DNA of 63,377 nucleotides, counting the filler, from Octopus bimaculoides (lineage: Eukaryota): assembly GCF_001194135.2 (NCBI RefSeq). It is 6 parts of 6 records of this genome, joined end to end, with 100 filler letters (N's around TTAATTAATTAA, not from the genome) between each part and the next. Parts side by side here need not be neighbours in the genome. Positions count along the whole stretch, not along the records: positions 24,939 to 54,073 come from NC_068989.1; 5 more parts are not named here. One strand, given 5' to 3'. Made by a program: the position numbers and the translations under genes. Each line of letters begins with the position of its first letter. Position 1 is the first letter of the stretch. Below the pieces are notes generated by a model, which did not search any database, was not told where the DNA came from, and worked only from the letters and a program-made list of their open reading frames with translations. This document shows positions 36,861 to 49,640 of the stretch, one piece after another.

Positions 36861-38563
36861 TACATACATACATACATACATACATACATACATACATACA
36901 TACATACATACATGAAAAAGCTGATTCGAAGACTACAGATCTTTGAACTTTAAAAATTTGTAAAACTTTCCAGAAGTTTATCATTTGATATGAGCATGTC
37001 TAGATATGCAAGTATATGCATGAAAAGACATACAGAAAGCAAAATGTACATATCTGCGCAAATACATACATACATACATACAAAAATACCCGGCTGATGT
37101 TGAAATTCCAATGAAGGAACCTTGGATGTTGGTTAGAAACCGGCTCTTTCTCTTTTGATAAGAAATCGTGAAATAAAATTACATACACATATGCATGAAT
37201 ACATACATACACATGTGTATCTGAGTGTATGTATAAATTTATGTATGTCTATATACACTAACAAGCAAACACATATATAAATGTCATCATATTGATTGTA
37301 AAGAGAATTTAAAAGTGCGCTAGCTGCCCTTTCTTGGAATATTTAAGCAGTTATTTAACAGATGCCAAGGACTTGAGACATATTCAAGAACACAAATTAC
37401 ACAAATCGATAAATGTTCCCCACCCCATCCCATCCCATATATTTCCTTCCTCCTTAACTAGAAATAAATAGCGAATGGTGATCAATCATTTACATTTCAG
37501 TAGCATGATTAATCTTCGAACACCTTACACAAATCCATACACATATAACTTACACAAATACAATATACACATAAAAGTGTATATATCTGACAAACATATA
37601 TACAAACATATAGTAACAGTTATTAATATCAATTTATCAATATTTATTTATTTTTATATTTAAATATATATAAGAATGTTATTATCCTTTAAAACAATGG
37701 ATCCCAACATTTCCACTAACAAGGACCCCTTTTATTTAAATGAGTTTTCCCACGGACCCGTTTTAATATGCTTATCCTTATATATATACATATATATGGA
37801 TATATATATATATATATATANNNNNNNNNNNNNNNNNNNNNNNNNNNNNNNNNNNNNNNNNNNNNNNNNNNNNNNNNNNNNNNNNNNNNNNNNNNNNNNN
37901 NNNNNNNNNNNNNNNNNNNNNNNNNNNNNNNNNNNNNNNNNNNNNNNNNNNNNNNNNNNNNNNNNNNNNNNNNNNNNNNNNNNNNNNNNNNNNNNNNNNN
38001 NNNNNNNNNNNNNNNNNNNNNNNNNNNNNNNNNNNNNNNNNNNNNNNNNNNNNNNNNNNNNNNNNNNNNNNNNNNNNNNNNNNNNNNNNNNNNNNNNNNN
38101 NNNNNNNNNNNNNNNNNNNNNNNNNNNNNNNNNNNNNNNNNNNNNNNNNNNNNNNNNNNNNNNNNNNNNNNNNNNNNNNNNNNNNNNNNNNNNNNNNNNN
38201 NNNNNNNNNNNNNNNNNNNNNNNNNNNNNNNNNNNNNNNNNNNNNNNNNNNNNNNNNNNNNNNNNNNNNNNNNNNNNNNNNNNNNNNNNNNNNNNNNNNN
38301 NNNNNNNNNNNNNNNNNNNNNNNNNNNNNNNNNNNNNNNNNNNNNNNNNNNNNNNNNNNNNNNNNNNNNNNNNNNNNNNNNNNNNNNNNNNNNNNNNNNN
38401 NNNNNNNNNNNNNNNNNNNNNNNNNNNNNNNNNNNNNNNNNNNNNNNNNNNNNNNNNNNNNNNNNNNNNNNNNNNNNNNNNNNNNNNNNNNNNNNNNNNN
38501 NNNNNNNNNNNNNNNNNNNNNNNNNNNNNNNNNNNNNNNNNNNNNNNNNNNNNNNNNNNNNNN

Positions 38564-38622
<59 letters not shown>

Positions 38623-39373
38623 GTATATATGAATAAATTCTCAAGAGGAAAACGCTGAGAATGACTTCAAAGTTCTGGTTTGCTCGTCTTCACCAGGCTG
38701 CAGAAAATTGTATTTTTTTTTCTGCTTATATATAGTTTGTGGTAGCCGGAGTAATGTGAATGAGAATTACATGTGGTGTTGGTAAACAGGCAAAGTGGTT
38801 TCGTAAGAAGCGGGTGAAATGAAGCAGAAAGTATATATAAGCAGAAAGTATATGTTTGCAAAATGCGGTTAGAAACAATCGTGGAGATAGTTTCTTCGGT
38901 TGGATAGCGAAATCGGTCGTTGTTCAGAGCTCAGTCAGGTGTGAAAGTAAAGAAGTAAACAAATGTGTCATATTTAGGTTACAGTTATGCTAGCTGAAGT
39001 TTTCCTTGTGGTTAATCAAGATTCTTCGTATATAAGGTTATTTTCGTGCTATTTTTGAGTTCATAAAGAAAGCTTATGGATAATAAAGTTTAGTCGGTTA
39101 CACAGCATATATCAGATATGGAGACTGAAGTTAGTATTGGTGAGTTGTTTTCTTTAAAGAAAATTTAAACTCTGTAATTTAGAAAGATTTGTGTTACGAA
39201 GTGTATGTCACTATAAAATATTTCTTGGGTGAGGTAGGATGGGGCGGTACTCCAATTTCTTTCTTGCACGGCTATTTACATTTATTTATAAATGTAGATA
39301 AATGCATGTATAAAACTTCATATCGTTACTTACCAAATAAATTTTACTTTGAGTATATATATATAAACACACA

Positions 39374-39417
<44 letters not shown>

Positions 39418-39941
39418 NNNNNNNNNNNNNNNNNNNNNNNNNNNNNNNNNNNNNNNNNNNNNNNNNNNNNNNNNNNNNNNNNNNNNNNNNNNNNNNNNNN
39501 NNNNNNNNNNNNNNNNNNNNNNNNNNNNNNNNNNNNNNNNNNNNNNNNNNNNNNNNNNNNNNNNNNNNNNNNNNNNNNNNNNNNNNNNNNNNNNNNNNNN
39601 NNNNNNNNNNNNNNNNNNNNNNNNNNNNNNNNNNNNNNNNNNNNNNNNNNNNNNNNNNNNNNNNNNNNNNNNNNNNNNNNNNNNNNNNNNNNNNNNNNNN
39701 NNNNNNNNNNNNNNNNNNNNNNNNNNNNNNNNNNNNNNNNNNNNNNNNNNNNNNNNNNNNNNNNNNNNNNNNNNNNNNNNNNNNNNNNNNNNNNNNNNNN
39801 NNNNNNNNNNNNNNNNNNNNNNNNNNNNNNNNNNNNNNNNNNNNNNNNNNNNNNNNNNNNNNNNNNNNNNNNNNNNNNNNNNNNNNNNNNNNNNNNNNNN
39901 NNNNNNNNNNNNNNNNNNNNNNNNNNTATATATATATATAT

Positions 39942-40230
39942 GGTTCGCGAGCCATCAGCTGCCGGTACGCGGTGAATTTCCAGAAAAGAAAGGAACAATA
40001 GTATAATTTCATTAATTTCGCCTTATGCACTGCAGTAAACAACTTATCAGCTGATGTAATATTGTATTATTTGTTTATATAAGATTTTAAAAAATTGTCA
40101 ACTTTTATTATATTCATTATATCTATTGTTTCCGGTATAAATTAATATTACTAAGAAATATTACCGGTCCCTGGCACATTGGGAAAAAAACTACCAGTAC
40201 GCCACATCAGATAATTTGAGAAGCACTGGC
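39942..40230. mobile_element. hAT/Charlie-like non-autonomous element end
   Basis: Right end ttgagaagcactg is the reverse complement of cagtgcttctcaa; left end lost in the gap. Confidence 0.45.
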
Positions 40231-41026
40231 TTAGAGGATTCATAGTCTACCAAGGTACAGAAGAATCTCCAGGAAAAAATATTATTATATAGGCTCTACC
40301 GAAAATAGGATTAAAATCAGAGTGGCCAACCATCTATATAGTTTTTAAAATAGACAAAAAATTAATTCTGCCGGATTAAGTAAGTTCATATGGGATTTAA
40401 AGGATAATAGCATTGAATTGAAAATTAGATGAGATATTATTTGTTCCGGAAGTTCTTATAGAAGTTCAACCAGGAGAAGTAACTTCTGTACTGAAGAAGC
40501 TTTTAGAACCTTTACATATAAAAACATTTACTTACGAAATGAAAAAAGTATTTCTTGTATTCACGCAGCGAAATATGTGTTCTCTAAGTTCAATTGTTTA
40601 ATTGTATTATAGGATAAGATAACTGCAAAATATAATACTGATAATAAATTGAAATTAATACGTGCCCTTTTATTTGAAGAATTTTTCTGAACCCTTTGGT
40701 GTCATTAACTCTGCTATTGTAATTATCTTTTCCCCATATAATTACACATATCTAAATAATAATGACTACAACACTTATATTACACATTATTTTTGGCTCC
40801 ATGACTTTATATTGATCACTATAATTTAACGTTTTCTTAGAAATTACTTAATATTATTAATCATATATAGTAATTAATAATCATTTACCTATGTAACAAA
40901 TTGAAATTTTAAATTAATATGTGCCCATTTATTGGATACTTTTTCAGTACACTTTGGAGCTATTATTTCTACCCATGTAATTCTCTTCTTCCCAAATATT
41001 TATACATAAATAAACAACATCGACTT

Positions 41027-41362
41027 TGTTGTTGTTGGCACTCCGTCGCTTACGACGTCGAGGGTTCCAGTTGATCCGATCAACGGAACAGCCTGCTCGT
41101 GAAAATAACATGCAAGTGGCTGAGCGCTCCACAGACACGTGTACCCTTAACGTAGTTTTCGGGGATATTCAGCGTGACACAGTGTGACAAGGCTGACCCT
41201 TTGAATTACAGGCACAACAGAAACAGGAAGTAAGAGTGAGAGAAAGTTGTGGTGAAAGAGTACAGCAGGGTTCGCCACCATCCCCTGCCGGAGCCTCGTG
41301 GAGCTTTAGGTGTTTTCGCTCAATAAACACTCACAACACCTGGTCTGGGAATCGAAAGCGCG
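41027..41362 (-). mobile_element. SINE A2, 5' end in gap
   Basis: Near-identical to 57897-58230. Confidence 0.92.
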
Positions 41363-41957
41363 ANNNNNNNNNNNNNNNNNNNNNNNNNNNNNNNNNNNNN
41401 NNNNNNNNNNNNNNNNNNNNNNNNNNNNNNNNNNNNNNNNNNNNNNNNNNNNNNNNNNNNNNNNNNNNNNNNNNNNNNNNNNNNNNNNNNNNNNNNNNNN
41501 NNNNNNNNNNNNNNNNNNNNNNNNNNNNNNNNNNNNNNNNNNNNNNNNNNNNNNNNNNNNNNNNNNNNNNNNNNNNNNNNNNNNNNNNNNNNNNNNNNNN
41601 NNNNNNNNNNNNNNNNNNNNNNNNNNNNNNNNNNNNNNNNNNNNNNNNNNNNNNNNNNNNNNNNNNNNNNNNNNNNNNNNNNNNNNNNNNNNNNNNNNNN
41701 NNNNNNNNNNNNNNNNNNNNNNNNNNNNNNNNNNNNNNNNNNNNNNNNNNNNNNNNNNNNNNNNNNNNNNNNNNNNNNNNNNNNNNNNNNNNNNNNNNNN
41801 NNNNNNNNNNNNNNNNNNNNNNNNNNNNNNNNNNNNNNNNNNNNNNNNNNNNNNNNNNNNNNNNNNNNNNNNNNNNNNNNNNNNNNNNNNNNNNNNNNNN
41901 NNNNNNNNNNNNNNNNNNNNNNNNNNNNNNNNNNNNNNNNNNNNNNNNNNNNCACAC

Positions 41958-42033
<76 letters not shown>

Positions 42034-42485
42034 CATAATTAGATATTGTAGTTCTTTTATTTACTTATTTTAAATTTATATTATTTATTTAAAATTTTTC
42101 TTAATTTTATTTTATTTCCATTTTACTTTATTTACTTTTGTTTTTTTTTATTCTGTCTTATTCTTTACTTTACTTTATTACCCATTAAATTCTAATTGAT
42201 CCGTTAACCCTTCACCCACACTAACAATAAAAATAATAACTTTTTATTTATTCTGCTTGCGCGAACGGAAATGTCAGCATGTAATACCTTAATGTATATC
42301 TTTTTCTCTGATGAAATTATGCTCATAACATATAAATGCAAATTTATAGCATAAATTTGTAATTTTCCTATTGAGCACTAATGGAAACAGCTGTAAGAAG
42401 TGAAGATTACCAATTTTTAAATAATAAATAATAATTATTATTATCTTAACTCTCCATTTTCTTTCCTTCATTTAACTGAACGTGA

Positions 42486-42543
<58 letters not shown>

Positions 42544-42689
42544 ACACGAAGTGCTTTCGGTTTCCGACTACCGAATCCAATCACATGACATAGGTCATCT
42601 CGGAGCTATGGGAAAGCCACTTGTCCAAGCCATCATGCAGTGGGACTGAACCACGTGATTAGGAACCAAGATTCTTACCACACATCCAC

Positions 42690-42880
42690 ACTTTATCTGG
42701 ATGTGTGGCTTTATTTTTCTCTTGGCAATTTTATCCTCACAAGCGTCCCTACATGTTGTATAAACTACACCACCAAATGCGGCTACTTTGTGTTCCAGGG
42801 TGCTCTTCCTTATCAACTCATTCTACTTTTCAACTGGCAAGTCATCTAGTCTCCTATCACTCTTTTACATTTGGGGTTGG
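42690..42880 (-). mobile_element. Possible degenerate RTE C-terminal fragment
   Basis: PVEK*NELIRKSTLEHKVAAF...KIAKRK resembles the RTE W-E-LA-DRS-WR region. Confidence 0.35.
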
Positions 42881-43301
42881 CAAGCTGAGATTCTGGCAAC
42901 GTTAAACGGTATTTGAACATGGTTCCCTTCTAAAGTTTTGTAAAACGGAAAATTTTTATTGAAAAGGTTTTGGCAAAGATGCAGTAAAACAGTTGATGCG
43001 AACCGTTAATACTCTGATGGGGAACCCGAAAGTCTGTCAACACTGTTCAATGTTTCAGCCATATTCATAGATAATTTTAGCATTTCTTTTTGCTGTGAAG
43101 GTTATGAACTTAATGTGAACCGATCGACACAAGATGGATATCAGACAGAGCCGTGACCTCTTAGACAATAAATAACAATTTACATTAACACACACATACA
43201 CGAACATACATACAAACACACATACAAACATACACACGCACACAAACACACGAGCACACGTATATTTATAATTATTCATATATTTATGTCTTATTAGATA
43301 T

Positions 43302-43380
<79 letters not shown>

Positions 43381-43605
43381 GTATAAGTGTATGTGTGTAT
43401 GTGTGTTTGTGTATGTAAATATATATTTATATATACATATATAAATGAATATATATATGTACACACACACATATATAAGTATACCTATCTATATGTATAT
43501 ATTTGTGTTTATATGCATATATGCATGTGTATATTTATACACATATACTGTACATATATGTCTATACATACTGACTCTCTCTCACATATTCACATATATA
43601 AAGAT

Positions 43606-43665
<60 letters not shown>

Positions 43666-43735
43666 GTGAGAGCGAGAAACAGAGACAAAGTTAGAGAGAC
43701 AGGCAGCAGAAAGACTGATAGACAGAGATGGTGAA

Positions 43736-43806
<71 letters not shown>

Positions 43807-43930
43807 GAGAGTTGGTGAGGAAAGACGAGCGACTTGAAGATGCTTGACTCAGCTAAAAGAGAATACTAATCACTATATTTATTAATATCCATCTGCTATT
43901 TAACAGAGGGAGTTAAGTTGATTGTTTCAG

Positions 43931-44035
43931 CAGCTGATGATTAGTAATAAGCTTCATAATCGCCAGACAAAGTGGCAGTGGGTGGTGCCGTACAAAGAGG
44001 TAGAGATCAGCTCCGGCCTAGAATACTTCGTCGGT
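43931..44035 (+). other. Candidate 105-nt symmetric exon
   Basis: ttgtttcag| 35 open codons QLMISNKLHNRQTKWQWVVPYKEVEISSGLEYFVG |gtaagt; weak pyrimidine tract. Confidence 0.25.
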
Positions 44036-44699
44036 GTAAGTGGCGATAGACATATATGCAACGGTACGTTTTTAACACGCCGATCTATTCATCAAGGTTT
44101 CGTGTCGTATTAGGAAAGCTATTTTCAATTATCGCGCAAAGAACAATACAAAAGGAAGGGCATAAATGTCTCAACATCGCTATTCTTCTCTTATCTTATA
44201 TTTGTTTCAGTCATTGGACTACGGCCATACTGCAGCATCGACTTGAAGCGTGTATATTTTACCTTTCGCCGGACCCGCAAAGTTAGGAGGACATCAACTA
44301 AACAACACCGGCTTACATTTCAGATCTTAATGCAGACAAGTTTCTACCCTGAAGACGGAGGCTCGTCTAATGCAATGTTGATTGCTTCCATTACAGCCGC
44401 ATATTGTGATGAACTGCATCTACCAACGTAATAACGTATATCCAAACCTCCGGAAACAGATGTTGGACTTATAACACCTTTCTTCCACCCCTTTAATTTT
44501 CTCTATTGTTTGTACTCCGTATAAGCTGGACGTGTTAATATAAATATCTATATATTAATACTTAAATATTCATCGTTTGAAAGTCTCCACTTTTTGCCTT
44601 CTCTCGTTCTACATATATACATATATACATATTTTGTATTTCATACCCAAACTGTTATTTTTAATATATCTAATTTGTCTATCTGCATAATAGCCCATA

Positions 44700-44975
<276 letters not shown>

Positions 44976-45249
44976 ATATATTTCAATACAGAACAAATAA
45001 TTTACGAGCAAAATAATTCACGAAAACATAATTTGCGAAGATACCATTGACTCTTTTATTATCTAGTGTAACAATTTAAAAATTATAATAACAGAACCAA
45101 TAATAGAAGCGACAGCAGGTCCCACAAAAAGCATTAAATATATGAAGGATTAAAATTAATCAAAGGGCATACTAAGTATGACTACCTGCTGGAAATAACA
45201 GTCAAAACTTATTAAAATTGCCATATATATATATATATGCATGTGAGTG

Positions 45250-45890
45250 TGTGTGAGTGTGTGTGTGTGCGTGCGTGTGTTTGTGTCTTTGTGTTTGTGT
45301 TTATTCCCCCATCCCGCTTCACAACCAGTGTTGGTGTGTTTACGTCCCTTTAACTTAACGGATCGGTTAAAAGAAGAAGATAGAATGAGTAAAATAAGTT
45401 CTGGGGTCGATTTGTTCGACTAAAACCCTCCAAGGCGGTACTCCAGCATGGACGCAGTCAAATGACTGAAACAAATTGAAGAATATAGGAGTGGCTGTGT
45501 GGTAAGTAGCTTGCTTACCAACCACATGGTTCCGAGTTCAGTCCCACTGCGTGGCACCTTGGGCAAGTGTCTTCTACTATAGCCTCGGGCCAACCAAAGC
45601 CTTGTGAGTGGATTTGGTAGACGGAAACTGAAAGAAGCCTGTCGTATATATGTATATATATGTATGTATGTGTATATGTTTGCGTGTCTGTGTTTATCCC
45701 CCCAACATCGCTTGACAACCGATGCTGGTGTGTTTACATCCCCGTAACGTAGCGGTTCGGCAAAAGAGACCGGTAGAATAAGTACTAGGCTTACAAAGAA
45801 TAAGTTCTGGGGTCGATTTGCTCGACTAAAGGTGGTGCTCCAGCATGGCCACATTCAAATGACTGAAAAGTAAAAGTGTAAAAGAGAATA
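45250..45890 (+). mobile_element. Two tandem SINE B copies (3' half plus full length 45487-45890)
   Basis: Direct similarity to 18298-18686. Confidence 0.92.
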
Positions 45891-46394
45891 TATATATATA
45901 TGTATGTATGACAAGCTTCCATACTTGTCCGCTTGTCCAAGGTGCCGCGTATTATAACTGAACTCGAAACAATGTGGTTGCAAAGCGATTTTCTTAACCA
46001 CACAACCATCCATGCCTTCGCCTACATTCACATTTTGTATCAACATGGCTTCGCAATTATGAGGTCGTGCGTTCCATCACACTATTTTACTCTTCGGCAA
46101 AGTTTTTTTTTTTTTTTTTACCATAGCCATGGCCGATCTACAAGTTGTAAATATAAGTAATTAGACGGAAATATTGTAGATGCTCATCGGATGGCTTGTA
46201 CCTGTTACTCGCTGTGTGTTGTTTTGTTGATTGTGCGAGAAGATCACGTCAAGAACAAAAGGTTACTTATATCTCTGGAATACTCAGCCACTATATAATT
46301 TAATGACAGTTAATTCAGTTGATCGATCAGCTGGAGTATTTATCGTCGACATCGACGGAGGATCAATTTTTTAAAAATTTACCTTTTGTGTATG

Positions 46395-47025
46395 CTCATT
46401 AGGGGTTGTATGGCTGAACGGCGAAGAAATTTGCTTTGCAGCCAGTAGATCCACTAGCATGGCCTCTTGTGTAAGTGTTATTTCTTATAGCTTTTGGTCG
46501 ACCCACACCTCATGAGGGCAAACTGGGTTGACGGAAACTGTGTAGAATCCCATCAGGAGGATTGTACCTGTAATTCAAAAGTATTTCCTTGTCACACTCA
46601 CAGTGTTACGATGATTCTATTTAAGTATTACGTTAAGGGCACACGTGTCTTTGGAACACTCGCTTGCTTGCTTGCTAATTAATGCCCGCTAATTCTTTTC
46701 TGCTCGAGGCACAAGACCCGAAATTTTTGGAGAGGGGCCAGTCGATTAGATCGACCTCGGTACGCAACTAATACCTAATTTCTTGACACCGAAAGGATGA
46801 AAGGCAAAGTCGACCTCGGCAGAATTTGAACTCAGCGCTAAGCATTTCGTCCGGCGTGCTAACGTTTCTGCCAGCTCGCCGCCTTAACGAACTTGAACTC
46901 ACAACGTAACGGTGTAGTTATACATTTTGCCCCAGCGTGCTGACGATTCTGCCTTTTAATGCTTGCTAATTAAAGGATCGGTTAATTCAGTTGAGCGAAC
47001 TGAATCCTCGTCGTCAAACGACGGA
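46395..47025 (+). mobile_element. Old chimeric SINE (B-type head plus A2-type 3' domain) split by a C insertion
   Basis: gacggaaactgtgtagaatccc is followed by gtacctgtaattcaaaag..ccttgtcacact..tacgttaagggcacacgtgtc; tail cctcgtcgtcaaacgacggag resumes after 46973. Confidence 0.6.
46683..46959 (-). mobile_element. SINE C insertion with 14-bp TSD
   Basis: tgcttgctaattaa at 46669-46682 and 46960-46973. Confidence 0.88.
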
Positions 47026-47027
47026 GA

Positions 47028-47029
<2 letters not shown>

Positions 47030-47058
<29 letters not shown>

Positions 47059-47226
47059 CTACTTCCACCGCCACAACCACAACTCTCGTCATCTGCATCG
47101 TCATTATCGTCGTCACCATCATCTTCATCTCCACCGCCATCACCACTTCCAGCACTTTTATCATCTGCATCGTCGTCATCGTCGACGTCACCACCACCAC
47201 CACCACCACCACCGCCGCCATCATCG

Positions 47227-47277
<51 letters not shown>

Positions 47278-47295
47278 ACAACAACAACAACAACA
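47030..47295. repeat. (CAT/CAC/CAA)n array
   Basis: Direct reading. Confidence 0.95.
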
Positions 47296-47454
47296 TGTTT
47301 TAGTAACAGAGTGGTCAGAGAAAATGCTTAGCAACATTTCTTCTGCCATTATGTTTTGAGCTCAAATTAATTTCATCCGCGGACATTTATGCCTTTCATC
47401 CACATAAGGTCGATGAAATAAATACCAGTTGAGAACTAAGCTAGTGAAGTTACA

Positions 47455-47699
47455 TTCTTTTAATGCTTGCTGACTCACAAGGGCTGATTTTTCGGTTTCC
47501 ATGGTGTATAAATTCCCGACCTGGAATGGACACCAGTCCATCACAGGTTTACTCATTTTTGCCAGCTGAGTGGACTGGGGCAACATGAAATGAAGCGTTT
47601 TGCTCAAAAACACAACGCGTCGTTCGGTTCAGGAATCGAAACCACAATCTTACTATCATGAGTCCAACATCTTAACCACAAACCACGCGCCTCCACTCA
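47455..47699 (-). mobile_element. SINE F (tRNA head, CORE-like segment, Meta-like 3' domain)
   Basis: agtggaggcgcgtgg...gtttcgattcct head; gttgtgtttttgagcaaaacgcttcatttcatgttgccccagtccactcagctg; tgagtaaacctgtgatggactgg...ccatggaaaccg shared with A1. Confidence 0.8.
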
Positions 47700-47800
47700 T
47701 TTGAGTACTAGGCTCGTTGTAATCAACTAGCTCTTTTCTTGCAAAATTCCAAGCCTTGTGTTTATAGTAGAAAAATTATACGTCAATTAATATTGTGTCA

Positions 47801-48125
47801 GTGGAGGCGCAATGGCCCAGTGGCTAGGGCAGCGGACTCGCGGTCGGAGGATCGCGGTTTCGATTCCCAGACCGGGCGTTGTATGTGTTTATTGAGCGAA
47901 AACACCTAAAGTTCCACGAGGCTCCGGCAGGGGGGTGGGGGTGGCGACCCCTGTTGTACTCTTTCGCCCCAACTTTCTTTCACTCTTTCTTCCCGTTTCT
48001 TGAGTAACGCTGCGATGGACTGGCGTCCCGTCCATCTGGAGGAATAAATACGCCATAGAAACTGGGAAACCGGGCCTATGAGCCTGGATACGCTTTAAAA
48101 GGGCGCATAAATAAAAATAAAAAAG
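47801..48125 (+). mobile_element. SINE A1, full length
   Basis: Perfect 10-bp TSD tattgtgtca at 47791-47800 and 48126-48135; homologous to 7973-8290. Confidence 0.93.
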
Positions 48126-48509
48126 TATTGTGTCACAACTCATTGTTGCTGCCTGGATTATCACAAATGCTTAAAGCCTACTTATCATGGCTACCATAGC
48201 TAACACTCTGCCAGACGATAGTATGAAGATCAGTAAAAAAGACAAAAGACGACGAAATGAGATTTCGTAATGGAGGGCACCGTTCTGGGTTTAGCTGGTT
48301 GGACTTGTTCTGGCCATGTCTGGACATATTTAGATCTCATCTCGTTATTTGTCATGGAACCAGACGATACAAAATGAAATGAATTCATTCAGTGTCTAAT
48401 GGACAGAAAAAAAAAAACACGTTTATTGTTGATTCAAAAGAAAATATTTCAGTCATTAGGACAAATAGACTTCATATGTCTCCAGTTCGTTGATAATATA
48501 ATAAGTCGT

Positions 48510-48515
48510 GGTAAC

Positions 48516-48563
<48 letters not shown>

Positions 48564-48960
48564 AATGATGATGATGATATTCATGATGATAAGCAGGATG
48601 ACGGCGGCGGTGGTGGTGGACGTGGTGCTAATGTTGTATTGACTATGACGGCCACGACGACGATGTTGATGATGATGATGGTGATGATGATGATAAGGAG
48701 GAGGGGAGGAGGAGCAGGAGGAACAGGAGGGTGCTGTTGATGATGGTGAAGTTGACGACGATGGCAACAACAACAATGACGATGACGACGATGATGCTCA
48801 TGATGGCGATAACGATTACACGACGACGACGACGACGACAACGACGACGACGACAAAGAATGAAGACGTTGATCCTCGTGTTGCTGATATAACGACGGTG
48901 AAGAAGATGAAAACGAAGGTAATGACGACGATGCTGACGTTATTTGGTGACTGATGATAA
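48510..48960. repeat. (GAT/GGT/GAC)n low-complexity array
   Basis: Direct reading. Confidence 0.93.
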
Positions 48961-49129
48961 TGGCATAAATAATATTCTGCATGTGATTTACAAACAGACA
49001 CAGATCTGACGTGGGTTTTATATTTGTACAAGCTGCCAACATCGAGATAGCAACACCAGGTTTACTGTGACGATAGCAACATCAATTTTTCGATAACAAA
49101 ATATTAACACCATGTTTACATTTATTTCT

Positions 49130-49288
49130 TCTTTTATTTACTTCACTAGTTTCAGTCATTGGACTGCGACCATTTTGGGACACCGACTTGGAGGGTTTTT
49201 AGTCGTAAAAATAGACCCAGTACTTATTTTTAAGTCTGGTACTTACACTAACTTTATCGGTCTCCTTTTGCTGAAACCACTAAGCTAA

Positions 49289-49322
<34 letters not shown>

Positions 49323-49640
49323 TTTGTTTGTGCGGTCCTTAATTTCTCTCCTTCCAACTTTTCCCTGAAGAAGGACCCAGTCCGAAACGTTGGACTTTCC
49401 ACTCACCAATGCAAGTACACTGAACTGTTTTTTTTATCGATTTTACTACATAATGAGTCTTCCTGACTCATTATATAGAAATACCCGACATGTTTCCTTA
49501 CAATTCCGTTTACCAAATTTACTCACAAGGCAATGGTCGACCAGGGAGACTCGCACAAGTTGCTGCGCAGTGGGTATGAATCCGAGACCATGCGGCTGCA
49601 AAACAAGCTTCTTAACCACACAACCCCGCCTTCGCCTGCA
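49130..49640 (-). mobile_element. SINE family B interrupted at its internal microsatellite
   Basis: 3' half at 49130-49290 and head at 49480-49640, separated by (TG)n and a foreign hammerhead-bearing segment. Confidence 0.7.
49362..49394 (+). ncRNA. Minimal hammerhead ribozyme motif with intact core
   Basis: tcc-CTGAAGA-A-ggac(cca)gtcc-GAAAC-GTT-gga; predicted cleavage after 49391; ACGT palindrome in place of stem III. Confidence 0.7.

Noticed and set aside
36699-36905. Host C2H2 zinc-finger gene
   Set aside because: Only one complete finger, no TGEKP linkers, followed by a short UTR and microsatellite tail; fits a LINE C-terminus better
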